Positions 37,656 to 46,890 of a stretch of 64,000 nt of DNA are shown here, piece after piece. The position numbers and the translations under genes are program-made. This DNA comes from Dinoroseobacter sp. S76 (GTDB lineage: Bacteria > Pseudomonadota > Alphaproteobacteria > Rhodobacterales > Rhodobacteraceae). The notes below the pieces were generated by a model. It ran no database searches. It was not told where the DNA came from and saw only the letters and a list, made by a program, of their open reading frames with translations. The stretch is from NCBI RefSeq assembly GCF_049801095.1, contig NZ_JBNAGH010000001.1, positions 612,208 through 676,207 of the forward strand, given 5' to 3'. Position 1 is the stretch's first letter, and each line of letters begins with the position of its first letter.

Positions 37656-38687
37656 TCATTCCTGCGCTTCGAGGAAGGCGACGATGGCCGCGAGATCCTC
37701 ATCCTTGCGCAGACCTGGGAAGGACATCTTGGTGCGCGGCAGGAAGGATTTGGGTTTTGCGAGGAATTCCTTGAGGTTGCCCGCATCCCAGACAAGGCCT
37801 TCGCCCGCCCGTTCCTCAAGCGCCTTGGAATAGCGGAACCCGTCCACGGCCCCGGCCGGCGCGCCCACGATGCCGTTCAGGGGTGGCCCGGTGCGATTCT
37901 TGGCCCCTTCACCCACCTGATGGCAGGCCTTGCACTTCTTGAAGACCTTTTCGCCTGCGGCCACCAGTTCCGGATCGAGCTCGGGCTCGGGCGGCGCGGC
38001 AGGAGCCGCAACTTTCACGACCTCGGCCTCGGCAGGTTCCGCAGAAGCGCTCTCATCCTCGGGGGTGACGTCCAGAACCCGCGCCCGCATGGTCACTTCG
38101 ACACTGTCCTTGCAGTCCGTCATGCAGGGCTCGCCCGCAAAGATCGGGTACTCGGTCTCGGCCCGGTCATCGAGGATAAAGCCCTCGGCATTGGTCATCT
38201 CAACCTCGAGGAAGTTCTCGTTCGAGAGCACGAAATCCTCGTCCACGAGGAAGTTCGAATAGAGAATATAGGCGACGATCGCATAGACCTCGTCAGCCTC
38301 CAGAGACTGCGCATTGCCATAGGGCATGGAGCGGTTGATGTAGTCCCATGCCGTGGACAGGTAGGGCCAATAGGAGCCCACGGTCTTCAGCGGATCCTCA
38401 TCGGCGAGGGTGCCGTCACCCCCGGCCAGCTTGGGCCAGTTGCCCGAGCCTTCGGCAAACTCGCCATGGCAGACCGCGCAGTTTTCGGAGAAGAGCGTCT
38501 CGCCATCCAGCACCGAGCCGGAGCCCGCAGGCAGTCCCGTCCCGTCCGGACGCACGTCGAGATCCCAGGCGGCGATCTCGGCCTCGGTGGCCGGGCGGCC
38601 CAGACCGAACCCTTCGGCAAAGCTCGGCCCTGCCAGCGCACTTGTGGCCAATGCAGCCAGGATCAACCCTTTAGGAAACTTCAACAT
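37656..38687 (-). CDS. soxD: Sulfane dehydrogenase diheme cytochrome subunit SoxD
   Basis: CAVCH and CKACH haem sites. Start is placed at ATG 38687 after GGGGAGG; it overlaps the soxC 3' end by 17 nt. Confidence 0.8.
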   Translation of the reverse strand: MLKFPKGLILAALATSALAGPSFAEGFGLGRPATEAEIAAWDLDVRPDGTGLPAGSGSVLDGETLFSENCAVCHGEFAEGSGNWPKLAGGDGTLADEDPLKTVGSYWPYLSTAWDYINRSMPYGNAQSLEADEVYAIVAYILYSNFLVDEDFVLSNENFLEVEMTNAEGFILDDRAETEYPIFAGEPCMTDCKDSVEVTMRARVLDVTPEDESASAEPAEAEVVKVAAPAAPPEPELDPELVAAGEKVFKKCKACHQVGEGAKNRTGPPLNGIVGAPAGAVDGFRYSKALEERAGEGLVWDAGNLKEFLAKPKSFLPRTKMSFPGLRKDEDLAAIVAFLEAQE

Positions 38688-39948
38688 TTTCCGCCTCCCC
38701 ATTGGCGCGCACCCACCAGGTCTGGATCGCGTTGTTGTGGTAGATCGAGTTCAGACCGCGCACCTCGCGCAGCTGCGTCTTGGTCGGCTGAACATAGCCG
38801 GTGCTGTCATGGGCCCGGGCCTGGAGCATCATCTCCTCGCCCTGCCAACTGTGATCCAGATAGAACCGGGTCAGCGCCTTGTCGGTGCCGGGCGCGCCAA
38901 GGCGGGCCTCCTGCCAGTTCTTGCCGCCATCGAGGCTGACATCCACGCGCGTGATATGGCCCCGGCCAGACCAAGCCAGCCCGGTGATCACCAGTGGGCC
39001 GTGGCCATGGGTGATCGGCGATTGCGGGCTGGGCGAGGTAACGACGGATTTCGCATCCATCTCCCAGGTCCATTTCCGCGCGATGCCATCCTCAAGCACA
39101 TCCGTGTATTTCGAGGTTTCCTCGCGGCTTTCCACGGGGCCATCCATGACCTCTACGCGGCGGAGCCACTTGACCCACATATTGCCTTCCCAGCCGGGAA
39201 CGACGAGGCGCACTGGATAGCCGTGCTCCTTGCGCAGGGCCTCGCCATTGGCCTTGAAGGCCACCAGCACGTCATCCAGCGCCTTGTCCATCGGGATCGA
39301 ACGCCCGTTCGACGAGGCATCCGCGCCCTCCACATAGACCCATTTGTCCGAGAGGTCGCCAGCCGCGCCCAGACCTGCCTCTTCGAGCAGGGTGCGCAGG
39401 GAGACGCCGGAATATTCCATGTTGTGGATCATGCCGTGGGTGAATTGCGCGCCGTTCAGCTGCGCCCCGGCCCATTCCATCCCGGAATTGGCCGCGCATT
39501 CGCAGAAATAGACGCGATTTTCACGGGGGAACCGCTCCAGATCTGCATAGGTGAAGACCAGCGGCGTATCCACGAGGCCGTTGATCATCAGCCGGTAGTC
39601 TTCCTTGCGCAGATCAATCGCGCCGGAATGGTGCCGCTCGAACGCGCAGCCCTGGGGGGTGATCGTGCCGTCCAGCGCGTGGATCGGCGTGAAGTTGATG
39701 GAACTCACCGTATCGGCGGTCAGCCATTCCACATTGCGGCGGATGACATCGCCTTCATGCTCGATGGGCAGGCCGTAAGGGGTGGCATCCACCCCATCGC
39801 CGAAGCTCTGCGCCCAAGGCTGCACTTCGGTGATCAGCGGATCGCCCGCGGCCTGGGCCGCACCGGCGCTGGCCGCACCCGCCGTCGCAGCGGCGGCCCC
39901 TTTCAGAAATCCCCGGCGGCCGGGATCAGTGGGTTTGGAATTGCTCAT
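38671..39948 (-). CDS. soxC: Sulfane dehydrogenase molybdopterin subunit SoxC
   Basis: Tat signal 'RRGFLKGAAAATAGA', sulfite-oxidase-family Moco domain. Confidence 0.9.
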   Translation of the reverse strand: MSNSKPTDPGRRGFLKGAAAATAGAASAGAAQAAGDPLITEVQPWAQSFGDGVDATPYGLPIEHEGDVIRRNVEWLTADTVSSINFTPIHALDGTITPQGCAFERHHSGAIDLRKEDYRLMINGLVDTPLVFTYADLERFPRENRVYFCECAANSGMEWAGAQLNGAQFTHGMIHNMEYSGVSLRTLLEEAGLGAAGDLSDKWVYVEGADASSNGRSIPMDKALDDVLVAFKANGEALRKEHGYPVRLVVPGWEGNMWVKWLRRVEVMDGPVESREETSKYTDVLEDGIARKWTWEMDAKSVVTSPSPQSPITHGHGPLVITGLAWSGRGHITRVDVSLDGGKNWQEARLGAPGTDKALTRFYLDHSWQGEEMMLQARAHDSTGYVQPTKTQLREVRGLNSIYHNNAIQTWWVRANGEAENVEVS

Positions 39949-40020
39949 GCTGTCCTCCCGAAAACACTGATATCATCATATTCAAATGTTCGAATAAGTA
40001 AAGCGACAAGCGGTCTCATC

Positions 40021-41715
40021 TCAGGCTCCGATCACTTTGACAGAGGCGTTGGGATCGACGCTGACCGTGCCCTTGCGCTTGATATAGCTCTCGACCACAT
40101 CCCAGATCGCGGGACCTTCGGTATCCTCGTTCACGCTGGCCCAACCGGAGACCACATAGGTCTTGGCCGGATCGATTGCCTCGCCGGTCTTGAGCAGGGT
40201 CATATTGGTGATCCGCTCGCCCTGGGGTTTGGTGATGTCGATCTGGTAGCCCATGCCGCCGACGCGCACCATGTCCCCGCCCTGCTGGTAATAGGGGTCC
40301 GGGTTGAAGAGGTTGTCGGCCACGTCCTCCAGAATGACATGGAGGAATTCGCCCGTCATTTCAGAGCGGTAGGCGTTCGGGTAGGACATGGAGACCGCAT
40401 TGAAGAGGTCCTCGCGCGTGATGTCATCCCCCGGCAAGAGGCTCGGCCCCCAGCGGAAACCGGGGCTGAGGGCGATATCGGCCTCGCGCTCATCGATCAG
40501 CGCGTTGCAGATCAGGTCATCCCAAGTGCCGTTGAAATTGCCCCGGCGGTAGAGCAGGCTATCGGTCTTGCCGAGTACCTCGCGCAGATCCGCCTCGAAG
40601 GGCGCGCGCTCGGCATCGATCAGGGCCGTCATCTCGGCATCGGGGGTGATCACATCCGAGAAGACCGGGATCAGCTTATAGGCAAAGCCCTGGATCCCGC
40701 CATCGCGCACATCCAGATCCAGACGGCTGACAAACTTGCCGTTGGAGCCCGAGGCGATCAGCATGGTCTTGCCGATCTGCACCGGCTCGGGCAGCGCGTC
40801 ATGGGTGTGCCCGGTCAGGATCACGTCGATCCCCTCGACCCGGCTGGCCATCTTCTTGTCCACGTCAAAGCCGTTATGGCTGAGCACGACAACCACATCC
40901 GCGCCCGCATCGCGCACTTCGGCAACGACCTCGCGCATACGCTCCTCGCGGATGCCGAAGCTCAGGTTCGGGAACATCCAGCCCGGGTTGGCGATGGGCA
41001 TATAGGGGAAGGCCTGTCCGATCACGGCGATCTTGGCCCCGCCCCGCTCGAACATCTTGTAGGGCTCATAGGCGGGTTCATCCCACTCGGCGTCGAAGAT
41101 GTTCGCGCCGAGGAAGGGGAAGTTCAGGTGGTTCTCGACGATCTCGTTGACGCGGTCGATGCCGAAGGTGAATTCCCAATGACTGGTCATCGCGTCAGGG
41201 TTCAGGGCGTTCATGATGTTGACCATGTCCTGCCCGTCGGTGCGATGGGCCGTGTAGGACCCGTGCCAGGTATCACCCCCATCAAGGAGCAGCGCATCGG
41301 GTCGGTCGGCCCGGATTGCCTTGAGGATGGTCGAGACGCGATCGAGCCCGCCCATCTTGCCATAGGTTTTGGCCAGCGCGGTGAAGTCCGGATAGGTCAG
41401 CGCATAGGCCTCGGGCGTGCCGGGCTGGATGTTGAACAGCTTGCGGAAATCCTCGCCGGTCACATGGGGCGGCAGGCCGGAATTGTCGCCAACGCCCAGA
41501 TTGATCTCGGGCTCGCGGAAATAGATCGGCTTCAGCTGGCCGTGGATGTCGGTGACATGCACCAGGGTGACATTGCCGGTCGTCTCGAACTCCAGCAGGT
41601 CCGCCTCGCTCATGCGCTGCTGCGCGGCCAGACGAGACCAGTTGCCGACGCCGGACGCCCCGTAAATGGCCGAAGCGGCGACGGTGGCCTGAAGAAAATC
41701 GCGGCGGGAAATCAT
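40021..41715 (-). CDS. soxB: Thiosulfohydrolase SoxB
   Basis: 5'-nucleotidase/metallophosphatase fold, Tat signal 'SRRDFLQA'. Start is placed at ATG 41715 after GGAG. Confidence 0.9.
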   Translation of the reverse strand: MISRRDFLQATVAASAIYGASGVGNWSRLAAQQRMSEADLLEFETTGNVTLVHVTDIHGQLKPIYFREPEINLGVGDNSGLPPHVTGEDFRKLFNIQPGTPEAYALTYPDFTALAKTYGKMGGLDRVSTILKAIRADRPDALLLDGGDTWHGSYTAHRTDGQDMVNIMNALNPDAMTSHWEFTFGIDRVNEIVENHLNFPFLGANIFDAEWDEPAYEPYKMFERGGAKIAVIGQAFPYMPIANPGWMFPNLSFGIREERMREVVAEVRDAGADVVVVLSHNGFDVDKKMASRVEGIDVILTGHTHDALPEPVQIGKTMLIASGSNGKFVSRLDLDVRDGGIQGFAYKLIPVFSDVITPDAEMTALIDAERAPFEADLREVLGKTDSLLYRRGNFNGTWDDLICNALIDEREADIALSPGFRWGPSLLPGDDITREDLFNAVSMSYPNAYRSEMTGEFLHVILEDVADNLFNPDPYYQQGGDMVRVGGMGYQIDITKPQGERITNMTLLKTGEAIDPAKTYVVSGWASVNEDTEGPAIWDVVESYIKRKGTVSVDPNASVKVIGA

Positions 41716-41862
41716 GGGTGCAGCTCCTGCAATAGCGTCTGGTCGTCGGGCAAACCTCACCTATGGGGTGCAGAGGACAGCCTCCGCGCCCCGCATCCGG
41801 GTTCGCAGTCTTGGAAAGGGTCAGGATGGCAGGCGCGACCGGAGCCGCGCCCACCGAAGGTC

Positions 41863-42717
41863 TTAGTTGCGCACCGACGGTCCTTCGACCGTCAGGCCGT
41901 TGCCGCGCGAGGCGACATAGAGCTCGAGCGCCACGAACTCGGGCGAGCCCACGGGGAAGGTCTCGGCGCGGGTATCGCGCACACAGCCCCGGAACCGCGA
42001 ATGGGCGGCGTTCAGCTTGGCGTTCTTCAGGCGGTAGACCGGGAAGCCGTTGATCTGTCCCTGGGACAGGTGGTCGGCCCGGATCATGTTGCCGTAATTA
42101 TCTTCGTGGCAGTTGGAGCAGGCCAGTTCGAGCTGCCCGTAGCGGGTGTAGTAGATCTCCTTGCCCTTCTCCCAGGTGGACTGGGCCGGGCCGTCAATCG
42201 CCACATTCACAGGCATGCCGCGGGAGACAGACGAGATGAGCGCGGTCATGTTGACCATGTCGCCGCCATCATATTTCCACTTCTCGGCACCCATATGGGT
42301 CTCGCGGCAATCGTTGATCTGCATCTCGAGCGTGCGCACCTCGCCCGCAGCCTCGTTCCACTTCGGATAGACCGCGCGGACGCCCGCCATGCTCTCGGGG
42401 CTTTCATGGCAGCTCGCGCAGGACTTGCCTTCGGAGCCATCCGCCGTGTCCCAGACCTCAGCGGCCTGATCGACCCAGATCATGCCCGGATTGTCGAAAT
42501 CATCCATCTGCAGAGACTGCGTCTCGGTCGAACGGAAGACCCAGCCGGAATAGATCGTGTCGACATTCTCCATATGCTCGGGCGCAGCGGTGCGCACGAC
42601 CATCTCGATCTCTTCATTGACGACCAATTCGGCGTCTTCATCGGCCCAGGCGGCCACGCCCAGGCTTGTCACTACGGTGGCGATACTCAGAGCGGCCTTA
42701 AGCGACAGTGTCTTCAT
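41863..42717 (-). CDS. soxA: Diheme cytochrome c SoxA
   Basis: CASCH and CSNCH sites. Start is placed at ATG 42717 after GGGAGGA. Confidence 0.85.
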   Translation of the reverse strand: MKTLSLKAALSIATVVTSLGVAAWADEDAELVVNEEIEMVVRTAAPEHMENVDTIYSGWVFRSTETQSLQMDDFDNPGMIWVDQAAEVWDTADGSEGKSCASCHESPESMAGVRAVYPKWNEAAGEVRTLEMQINDCRETHMGAEKWKYDGGDMVNMTALISSVSRGMPVNVAIDGPAQSTWEKGKEIYYTRYGQLELACSNCHEDNYGNMIRADHLSQGQINGFPVYRLKNAKLNAAHSRFRGCVRDTRAETFPVGSPEFVALELYVASRGNGLTVEGPSVRN

Positions 42718-42770
42718 GTGTTTCCTCCCAAACATGCGCGACCGCGGGGAGACGGTCGCGCCTTGGCCGT

Positions 42771-43100
42771 TCAGCTGACGGCGATCGGCTTGCTGGTCTC
42801 GTAGACCGAGCCGTCATCGTCGTACCAGGTGAAGGTGAACTCACCGGCTTCCGGGACTTTCGCGTCGAACTCGAAATACGGGTTGGTCGAGATCGCGGGC
42901 GCCAGCTCCACATCGATCACGGTCTCGCCGTTGAAGCTCGCCACGAAGCGATTGATGATCGAGCGCGGGATGGTGTTACCTTCCTTGTCCTTGCGCTGCC
43001 CGGATTCCATCTTGTGGCTGATCAGGGTCTTGATCGTGATCACGTCACCAGCCGAGGCCGACTTGGGGACTTTCACGCGGGGTTTTACACCTTTTGCCAT
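42771..43100 (-). CDS. soxZ: Sulfur-compound chelating protein SoxZ
   Basis: 109 aa, 'RFVASFNGETVIDVEL'. Confidence 0.9.
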   Translation of the reverse strand: MAKGVKPRVKVPKSASAGDVITIKTLISHKMESGQRKDKEGNTIPRSIINRFVASFNGETVIDVELAPAISTNPYFEFDAKVPEAGEFTFTWYDDDGSVYETSKPIAVS

Positions 43101-43118
43101 GTTCCTCGTCTCCTCTGG

Positions 43119-43535
43119 TTAGCCGCCGCAGCCGCCGATGGTGACTTTGACCGTCTTGCTGTCCTGCACGAAGCTGCCATCGGCCATCTTGGCGATCGCG
43201 ACCACGTCCTGGGTGCCGGCGAGACGGATGCGGGTGGAGGCGGACTGATCACCGGCCAGCGCGCCGAACTTGAACTGCGCCACGGGCGGGGTCGGGTTGC
43301 CGAGCGCCAGCACGAGGATCTCGGTCGCGCCCGGCGCGTCCACCTCGATCGGCACGGTGTTGCCGTTCTCGGCAATCTCGGGCGCGGTCAGCGTGACACC
43401 ACCGGCGCCGACAGAGGCTCCGCCGGTGAAGGCTTCGATCTCGGCCTCTCCGGCGGCATAGACCACCCCGGGCAGCGCCGCGGCGAGCGCAGCACCTGCA
43501 CCGACCGCCAGCGTTTCACGTCTCGTGAAGTTCAT
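43119..43535 (-). CDS. soxY: Sulfur carrier protein SoxY
   Basis: Tat signal 'TRRETLAVGAG'; the C-terminal 'GGCGG' swinging arm ends the protein. Start is placed at ATG 43535 after AAGGAGA. Confidence 0.9.
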   Translation of the reverse strand: MNFTRRETLAVGAGAALAAALPGVVYAAGEAEIEAFTGGASVGAGGVTLTAPEIAENGNTVPIEVDAPGATEILVLALGNPTPPVAQFKFGALAGDQSASTRIRLAGTQDVVAIAKMADGSFVQDSKTVKVTIGGCGG

Positions 43536-43570
43536 TGCAAGTCTCCTTGTCTGGGGGCAATCCCGCAGGA

Positions 43571-44053
43571 TCACTCCGTAAGGGTCAAAAGATAGGCCAC
43601 GACATCCTCGACCTGCTGAGCGGTCAGGAGCGTGCTGAGCTGCTCGGGTGCAGCCGCCTTGCCCGTGTAGGCATTGCCGGGCCGGATATAGCCCGATTTT
43701 TTGTAGAACGCGGGCATGATGGAGCCCTCGAACGTCATTTTCGCATTGGCCACGATGCCGCGCAGCTGCGCCTCGGACCAGCGCTCGCCCGCGCCGTCGA
43801 GGCTGGGGCCAACCTCGCCGTGGAACGGCACATCTTCCATATCCGTGACCGCGTGGCAGGCCACGCAATTGCCCAGGCCGCGGGTCGACATCACAACACG
43901 GCCTTCCGCAGGATCGCCGGGCGTGCCCGACAGGGACTGCTCGATTTCGCCGTATTCAGTGAATGAAACCTGCTCTGCCATGGTCTCTGCCGTGGCGGAT
44001 CCGGTAACGAAGGCAAGGCCAGCCAACGTGCAAATCAGTGCGGAGCACTTCAT
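43571..44053 (-). CDS. soxX: Monoheme cytochrome c SoxX
   Basis: Signal peptide, single CVACH. Start is placed at ATG 44053 after GGGAGGAAA. Confidence 0.85.
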   Translation of the reverse strand: MKCSALICTLAGLAFVTGSATAETMAEQVSFTEYGEIEQSLSGTPGDPAEGRVVMSTRGLGNCVACHAVTDMEDVPFHGEVGPSLDGAGERWSEAQLRGIVANAKMTFEGSIMPAFYKKSGYIRPGNAYTGKAAAPEQLSTLLTAQQVEDVVAYLLTLTE

Positions 44054-44096
44054 GCGTTTCCTCCCAAGATTGTCCTCGCCGATGACCATACGCCCG

Positions 44097-44143
44097 GCAT
44101 ACACACGTATGCAACATAAAATTCAATTTTTTGCATATGTTGC
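44097..44143. promoter_or_regulatory. Two adjacent palindromes in the soxW-soxX intergenic region (candidate SoxR 'wx' operator)
   Basis: GCATAC-ACAC-GTATGC (44097..44112) and GCAACATA-N17-TATGTTGC (44111..44143), embedded in the only AT-rich stretch between soxW and soxX. Confidence 0.4.
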
Positions 44144-44173
44144 TCTTGCAGCATGGGCAAGGCGTTCTAATTC

Positions 44174-44737
44174 TTAGGGCTTTTGCTCCTGGAACTTGCG
44201 CGCATGGTACTTCTGAAAGGGCTCATCCGTGGTGTATCCCTCCTCCAGCACCCAGGTCAGCATGTTCAGAGTCGTCCATTTCCCGAAAGCCCCGGGCACG
44301 GTCGCCACGGCCGCTTGCGGCGCGGTCACGCCCTCCGCCACCTCAGCCGGAAAGAACATCATGGTCGGCGTGAAGAGCGCATTCCATTTGCGGACGATAT
44401 CCTTCTCGGCGAGGGTCTCGCCGTCGAAATCCGTGACCTCCACATCGCCGAACATGTTGATCTGGACCGCGAAGAACCGCTCGTTGAGCAGAGCGTCGAT
44501 TTCGGGTTCCGGGAAGACCTCCTCATGCATGCGCGCGCAGTAGATGCAGCCGCGCTGCTCGATCAGGATGACGAGGCGTTTGCCCGCGGCCTCCGCCTCG
44601 GCGAGGTCTTCGCGCAGGTCCTTGAACGTGTCCTGCATCCAGGCCGCCTTGTGCAAGCCGTCATCGCCAATCTCCGCCGCCTGCAACGGCAACGCGGCCA
44701 ACATCGCTGCTGCGATCATGCCCATCCATTTGCCCAT
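44174..44737 (-). CDS. soxW: Periplasmic thioredoxin SoxW
   Basis: Signal peptide, 'CIYC' CxxC motif. Confidence 0.85.
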   Translation of the reverse strand: MGKWMGMIAAAMLAALPLQAAEIGDDGLHKAAWMQDTFKDLREDLAEAEAAGKRLVILIEQRGCIYCARMHEEVFPEPEIDALLNERFFAVQINMFGDVEVTDFDGETLAEKDIVRKWNALFTPTMMFFPAEVAEGVTAPQAAVATVPGAFGKWTTLNMLTWVLEEGYTTDEPFQKYHARKFQEQKP

Positions 44738-44764
44738 CTCGGTTCTCCTCCCCCTTTGGACCTG

Positions 44765-45499
44765 TCAGCCCAGCGCGGGCATGTAGTTCAGCATCCAGTT
44801 TGCAATGACATTCATGCTGTTCGTGCCGATCAGCACCGCGAAGACCACAAGGAGCACTCCGGTCGCCTTTTCGATCCGGCCCAGATGGCGGCGAAACCCG
44901 CGCATCCAGCGCAGGAAGGGGCCAATGAAAACCGCTGCCAGCACGAAAGGCAGCGTCATGCCGATGCCGTAGACCGTCAGCAGCATCATGCCCCGCCCGA
45001 CCCCGGCCCCCTCGGTCGCCACGGTGAACAGGATCGCCGCCAGCACAGGCCCGACGCAAGGCGTCCAGCCAAAGGCAAAGGCCAAGCCGATCAGGTAGGC
45101 ACCCACGAGGCTCATATTGCTGGTCGAGCCGCCTTCGACCCGGAACTGCCGATAGAGGATCCCGATCCGGATCACTCCGAGGAAATGCAACCCCATCAGC
45201 AGGATCACCGCCGCCGCGACCCAGCGCAGCACATCCATATAGGCCCCGACCGCCTGCCCCAGAGCCGACGCCCCCGCGCCCATGGCCACGAAAATCGTGA
45301 TCACGCCCGCGGAAAACGCCATGGAGGACAGGATCGCGCGCGACCGGATGGCTGGGGTGATCTCCGCCTCGCTCTCAAGCTGGTTCATGCCGACACCGGC
45401 CATGTAGGACAGGTAAAACGGCACGATGGGAAGGATACAGGGCGACAGGAAGGACATCAGACCCGCGAGCCCGGCCCCGAAGATCGACACATCGAACAT
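44765..45499 (-). CDS. soxV: CcdA-like thiol-disulfide transporter SoxV
   Basis: Six TM helices; conserved Cys in TM1 ('LSPCILPIVPFY') and TM4. Confidence 0.85.
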   Translation of the reverse strand: MFDVSIFGAGLAGLMSFLSPCILPIVPFYLSYMAGVGMNQLESEAEITPAIRSRAILSSMAFSAGVITIFVAMGAGASALGQAVGAYMDVLRWVAAAVILLMGLHFLGVIRIGILYRQFRVEGGSTSNMSLVGAYLIGLAFAFGWTPCVGPVLAAILFTVATEGAGVGRGMMLLTVYGIGMTLPFVLAAVFIGPFLRWMRGFRRHLGRIEKATGVLLVVFAVLIGTNSMNVIANWMLNYMPALG

Positions 45500-45572
45500 G
45501 GGCGCGCTTCCTTGATCAATTCACATATTCAAATTAAGTTATTTGTATGAACTGCGTCAACAGGGAAGCCTG
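45500..45572. promoter_or_regulatory. AT-rich soxV/soxS divergent promoter region (candidate SoxR 'sv' operator)
   Basis: ttgatcaaTTCACATATTCAAATTAAGTTATTTGTATGAActg is an imperfect inverted repeat (TTCAcATA…TATgtGAA-like) in otherwise >65% GC DNA. Confidence 0.3.
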
Positions 45573-45953
45573 ATGCCCCGCCTCGCGATCCTTCTGAGCC
45601 TGCTCCTTTTGCTGGTTGCCCCCCTCGCGGTGCGCGCCCAATCGCTGGAGCTTGTCATGGTCGAACAGACCGGCTGTCACTGGTGCGCGGCCTGGCACGC
45701 CGAGATCGGCCCGGCCTATCCCAAGACCGCCGAAGGCCAGGCTGCACCGCTGCGCATGGTCGATCTGCGCGCCCTGCCCGAAGACCTCGATCTGGTCTCG
45801 CGCCCGCGCTTCACCCCAACCTTCATTCTGGTCTCTGACGGGCAGGAGCTCGCCCGGCTCGAAGGCTATCCGGGGCAAGACTTTTTCTGGCCCGTGCTCG
45901 CGCAAATGCTCGAGACGGCCCAAAACAACGCGCTTGAGGAGGCCGCGAAATGA
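45573..45953 (+). CDS. soxS: Periplasmic thioredoxin-like protein SoxS
   Basis: Signal peptide 'MPRLAILLSLLLLLVAPLAVRA' and 'GCHWC' CxxC. Start is placed at ATG 45573; the track start at 45543 is TTG. Confidence 0.7.
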   Translation: MPRLAILLSLLLLLVAPLAVRAQSLELVMVEQTGCHWCAAWHAEIGPAYPKTAEGQAAPLRMVDLRALPEDLDLVSRPRFTPTFILVSDGQELARLEGYPGQDFFWPVLAQMLETAQNNALEEAAK

Positions 45954-46468
45954 TCCCAACCCCCTTTAGGAAAACAGTTTTGGCCGCTGGCGCGCTGCTC
46001 GTTCTGGGCGGGTCCGCGCTGGCCGATGAGGACAGCGCCTTTGTCGAGTTCAAGGTGCTGAAGCCCGAGCTGGCCATGACCGCCGCCACCGCCGCGCTCG
46101 AGTATTGCCGGGCGGGCGGCTATCAGGTGGGTGTCACGGTGGTGGATCGCTTCGGCGTCCCGCAGGTCTTTCTGCGCGACCGCTTCGCAGGCGCCCATGT
46201 CTGGGAAACCGCCACCCGCAAAGCCTGGACCGCCGTGAGTTTCCGGAGCGGCACGACGGAGCTGGACCAGGCCACCAAGCCCGGCACCCTCGCCGAGGGG
46301 ATCCGTCATATCTCCCAAGCCCTGCCCCTTGGTGGCGGGTTGATGATCGAAGAAGGCGGCGGCTCGCTCGTGGGCGGGATCGGTGTCTCCGGCGCTCCAG
46401 GACCGGATATCGACGACGAATGTGCGCAAGCAGGCATTGACGCCATCGCGGACGACATCGCATTCTAG
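45950..46468 (+). CDS. DUF336 / GlcG-HbpS-like haem-binding protein, secreted
   Basis: Signal peptide, 'GGG…GGIGVSGA' DUF336 signature; ATGA overlap with soxS. Confidence 0.7.
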   Translation: MIPTPFRKTVLAAGALLVLGGSALADEDSAFVEFKVLKPELAMTAATAALEYCRAGGYQVGVTVVDRFGVPQVFLRDRFAGAHVWETATRKAWTAVSFRSGTTELDQATKPGTLAEGIRHISQALPLGGGLMIEEGGGSLVGGIGVSGAPGPDIDDECAQAGIDAIADDIAF

Positions 46469-46488
46469 CGCAAACGAAGGCTCAACAC

Positions 46489-46836
46489 ATGGCGCTGCCC
46501 CAAGTCACCGACGATCTGAACGACGAGGAGATGGACAAGATCCTCGCCAATGCCACGGTGGCCGCGAACTTCCTCAAGGCGATCGGCCATGAGGGGCGCC
46601 TGATGATTCTATGCCATCTCGCCTCAGGTGAAAAATCGGTTCATGAGCTCGAGCTTTTGCTCTCTGCCCGGCAGGCGGCGGTGTCGCAGCAGCTCTCACG
46701 CCTGCGGCTCGAGGGTCTGGTCACACCTCGCCGCGACGGTAAGACCATATTTTACAGCCTGACAGATGAGCGCTCGCGCGCCATTATCGAGCTCGTGTAT
46801 GAGCTTTTCTGCCGGGATTCAGACGCCGCGTCCTAA
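46489..46836 (+). CDS. soxR: ArsR-family repressor SoxR
   Basis: 'LKAIGHEGRLMILCHL…SVHELE' winged HTH of the ArsR/SmtB type within the sox locus. Confidence 0.85.
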   Translation: MALPQVTDDLNDEEMDKILANATVAANFLKAIGHEGRLMILCHLASGEKSVHELELLLSARQAAVSQQLSRLRLEGLVTPRRDGKTIFYSLTDERSRAIIELVYELFCRDSDAAS

Positions 46837-46890
46837 GGCGCGCTACCCCGGTTCACATCCATGGAGGGCGCCTGCGCCCGGGAGGAGACC

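Noticed and set aside
38410-42804. 1464-aa plus-strand ORF spanning soxC, soxB and soxA
   Set aside because: It is antisense to three well-supported sox genes and its product is low-complexity Gly/Arg/Ala-rich with no motifs. Long stop-free antisense frames are expected at 65% GC.
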